Below, piece after piece: positions 63,204 to 64,000 of a stretch of DNA of 64,000 nt; the stretch's first letter is position 1; each line of letters opens with the position of its first letter. The notes beneath the pieces were generated by a model, which did not search any database, had not been told where the DNA came from, and saw only the letters and a list, made by a program, of their open reading frames with translations. This DNA is from Octopus sinensis (Eukaryota): NCBI RefSeq assembly GCF_006345805.1, contig NC_043019.1, positions 17,669,360 through 17,733,359 of the forward strand. Reading direction: 5' to 3'. The position numbers were made by a program, and so were the translations under genes.

Positions 63204-63379
63204 TTGGTTTCAAATTCTGGCACAATGCTAGCAATTTCGTGGGGGAAGTAAGTCAATTATATCAACTCCAGTTCTCAACTGATACTTATTTTTATCGACC
63301 CCGAAAGGATGAAAGGCAAAGTCGAAATGCCGCTAAGCATTTCACCCGGCGTCCTTACGATTCTGCCAGTTCGTCGCAT
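63204..63379 (-). mobile_element. family D SINE (B-like head) with 17-bp TSD
   Basis: TSD TACCCAAATTCATAATA at 63187-63203 and 63380-63396. Confidence 0.85.
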
Positions 63380-64000
63380 TACCCAAATTCATAATACTTG
63401 TACAATGACGCTGCTAAGGAAGGAAGCTGTGCTGTTCGAGATCCATTATTATTTAATATGACTTCGAGTTTCTGCCATCAAACCGTTTGTAAGTAAACGT
63501 TCATCGCCTAAAGTGGAGATGCTGCCTATTTCCGCCTTTTAAGGGTTGGTTTCTTAACTAAGGTGTGAATCAGCCGTTCTTGCCGCTGGGACATTCTTGG
63601 GAGTTCAATCTGATGTCTCTGACGCGGTTTCACTCTCAACTAAGAGAAAGTTTTAAGGCGTGATGTCATCCTCCACTCCTTGCAAAAAAAAAGGCAATTT
63701 TTGGCAGGCTTACGGAGGACCTTCATATCTTTGCTTACTTTCTTGATTGGGAGTTCAGCAAAATAACTCCATTGGTCTCGTTTTATCTGTATTTGACACT
63801 GACGACACCACTCGGTCGAAGTCAGGCTTAAATTGAAATGTTTGGAGCCTCGACGATGCCTGGATGGAGTCTTCGCGGTCATGACTGATGCTAGCGGTCT
63901 TCAAATGAATCATTCTCAACATTATCTCTCGATCAGTAGTTCTTAACTGGGGTCTATATGATCCCAGAGGGTCCATATAAGATTTTTGGGTGTCCACAGA

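Overview
AT-rich, repeat-saturated eukaryotic (animal) DNA. The dense (TA)n/(CA)n microsatellites and tRNA-derived SINEs suggest a coleoid cephalopod such as Octopus (inference, not database-checked). The left third holds the last four coding exons of a TMCC-family (TMCC1/2/3, Dementin-like) ER membrane coiled-coil gene on + (4858-4989, 9883-9972, 15094-15275, 19407-19533, all with canonical AG/GT sites in a continuous frame). A ~100-copy 33-bp minisatellite precedes it in an intron. One orphan ATG-bearing exon of an unidentified gene lies at 56282-56419. The rest is mobile DNA: several SINE families and remnants of CR1, RTE/BovB, L1-Tx1, Hero/NeSL-like and Penelope-like retroelements, a Helitron, and mariner, Tigger, hAT-like and 8-bp-TSD MITEs. 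The most notable signals are: (1) at least six sequence-distinct families of short, (TA)n-embedded fold-back elements that carry type I hammerhead ribozyme motifs, including one with a G3:C8-swapped core; (2) a 3' double-hairpin shared, with compensatory base changes, by a CR1 LINE, the main SINE and a short tRNA-His-headed SINE; (3) a SINE family whose target-site duplications repeatedly begin with GGTAT. Repeat boundaries are approximate (tens of bp) unless TSDs or TIRs are quoted. RNA folds were done by eye.
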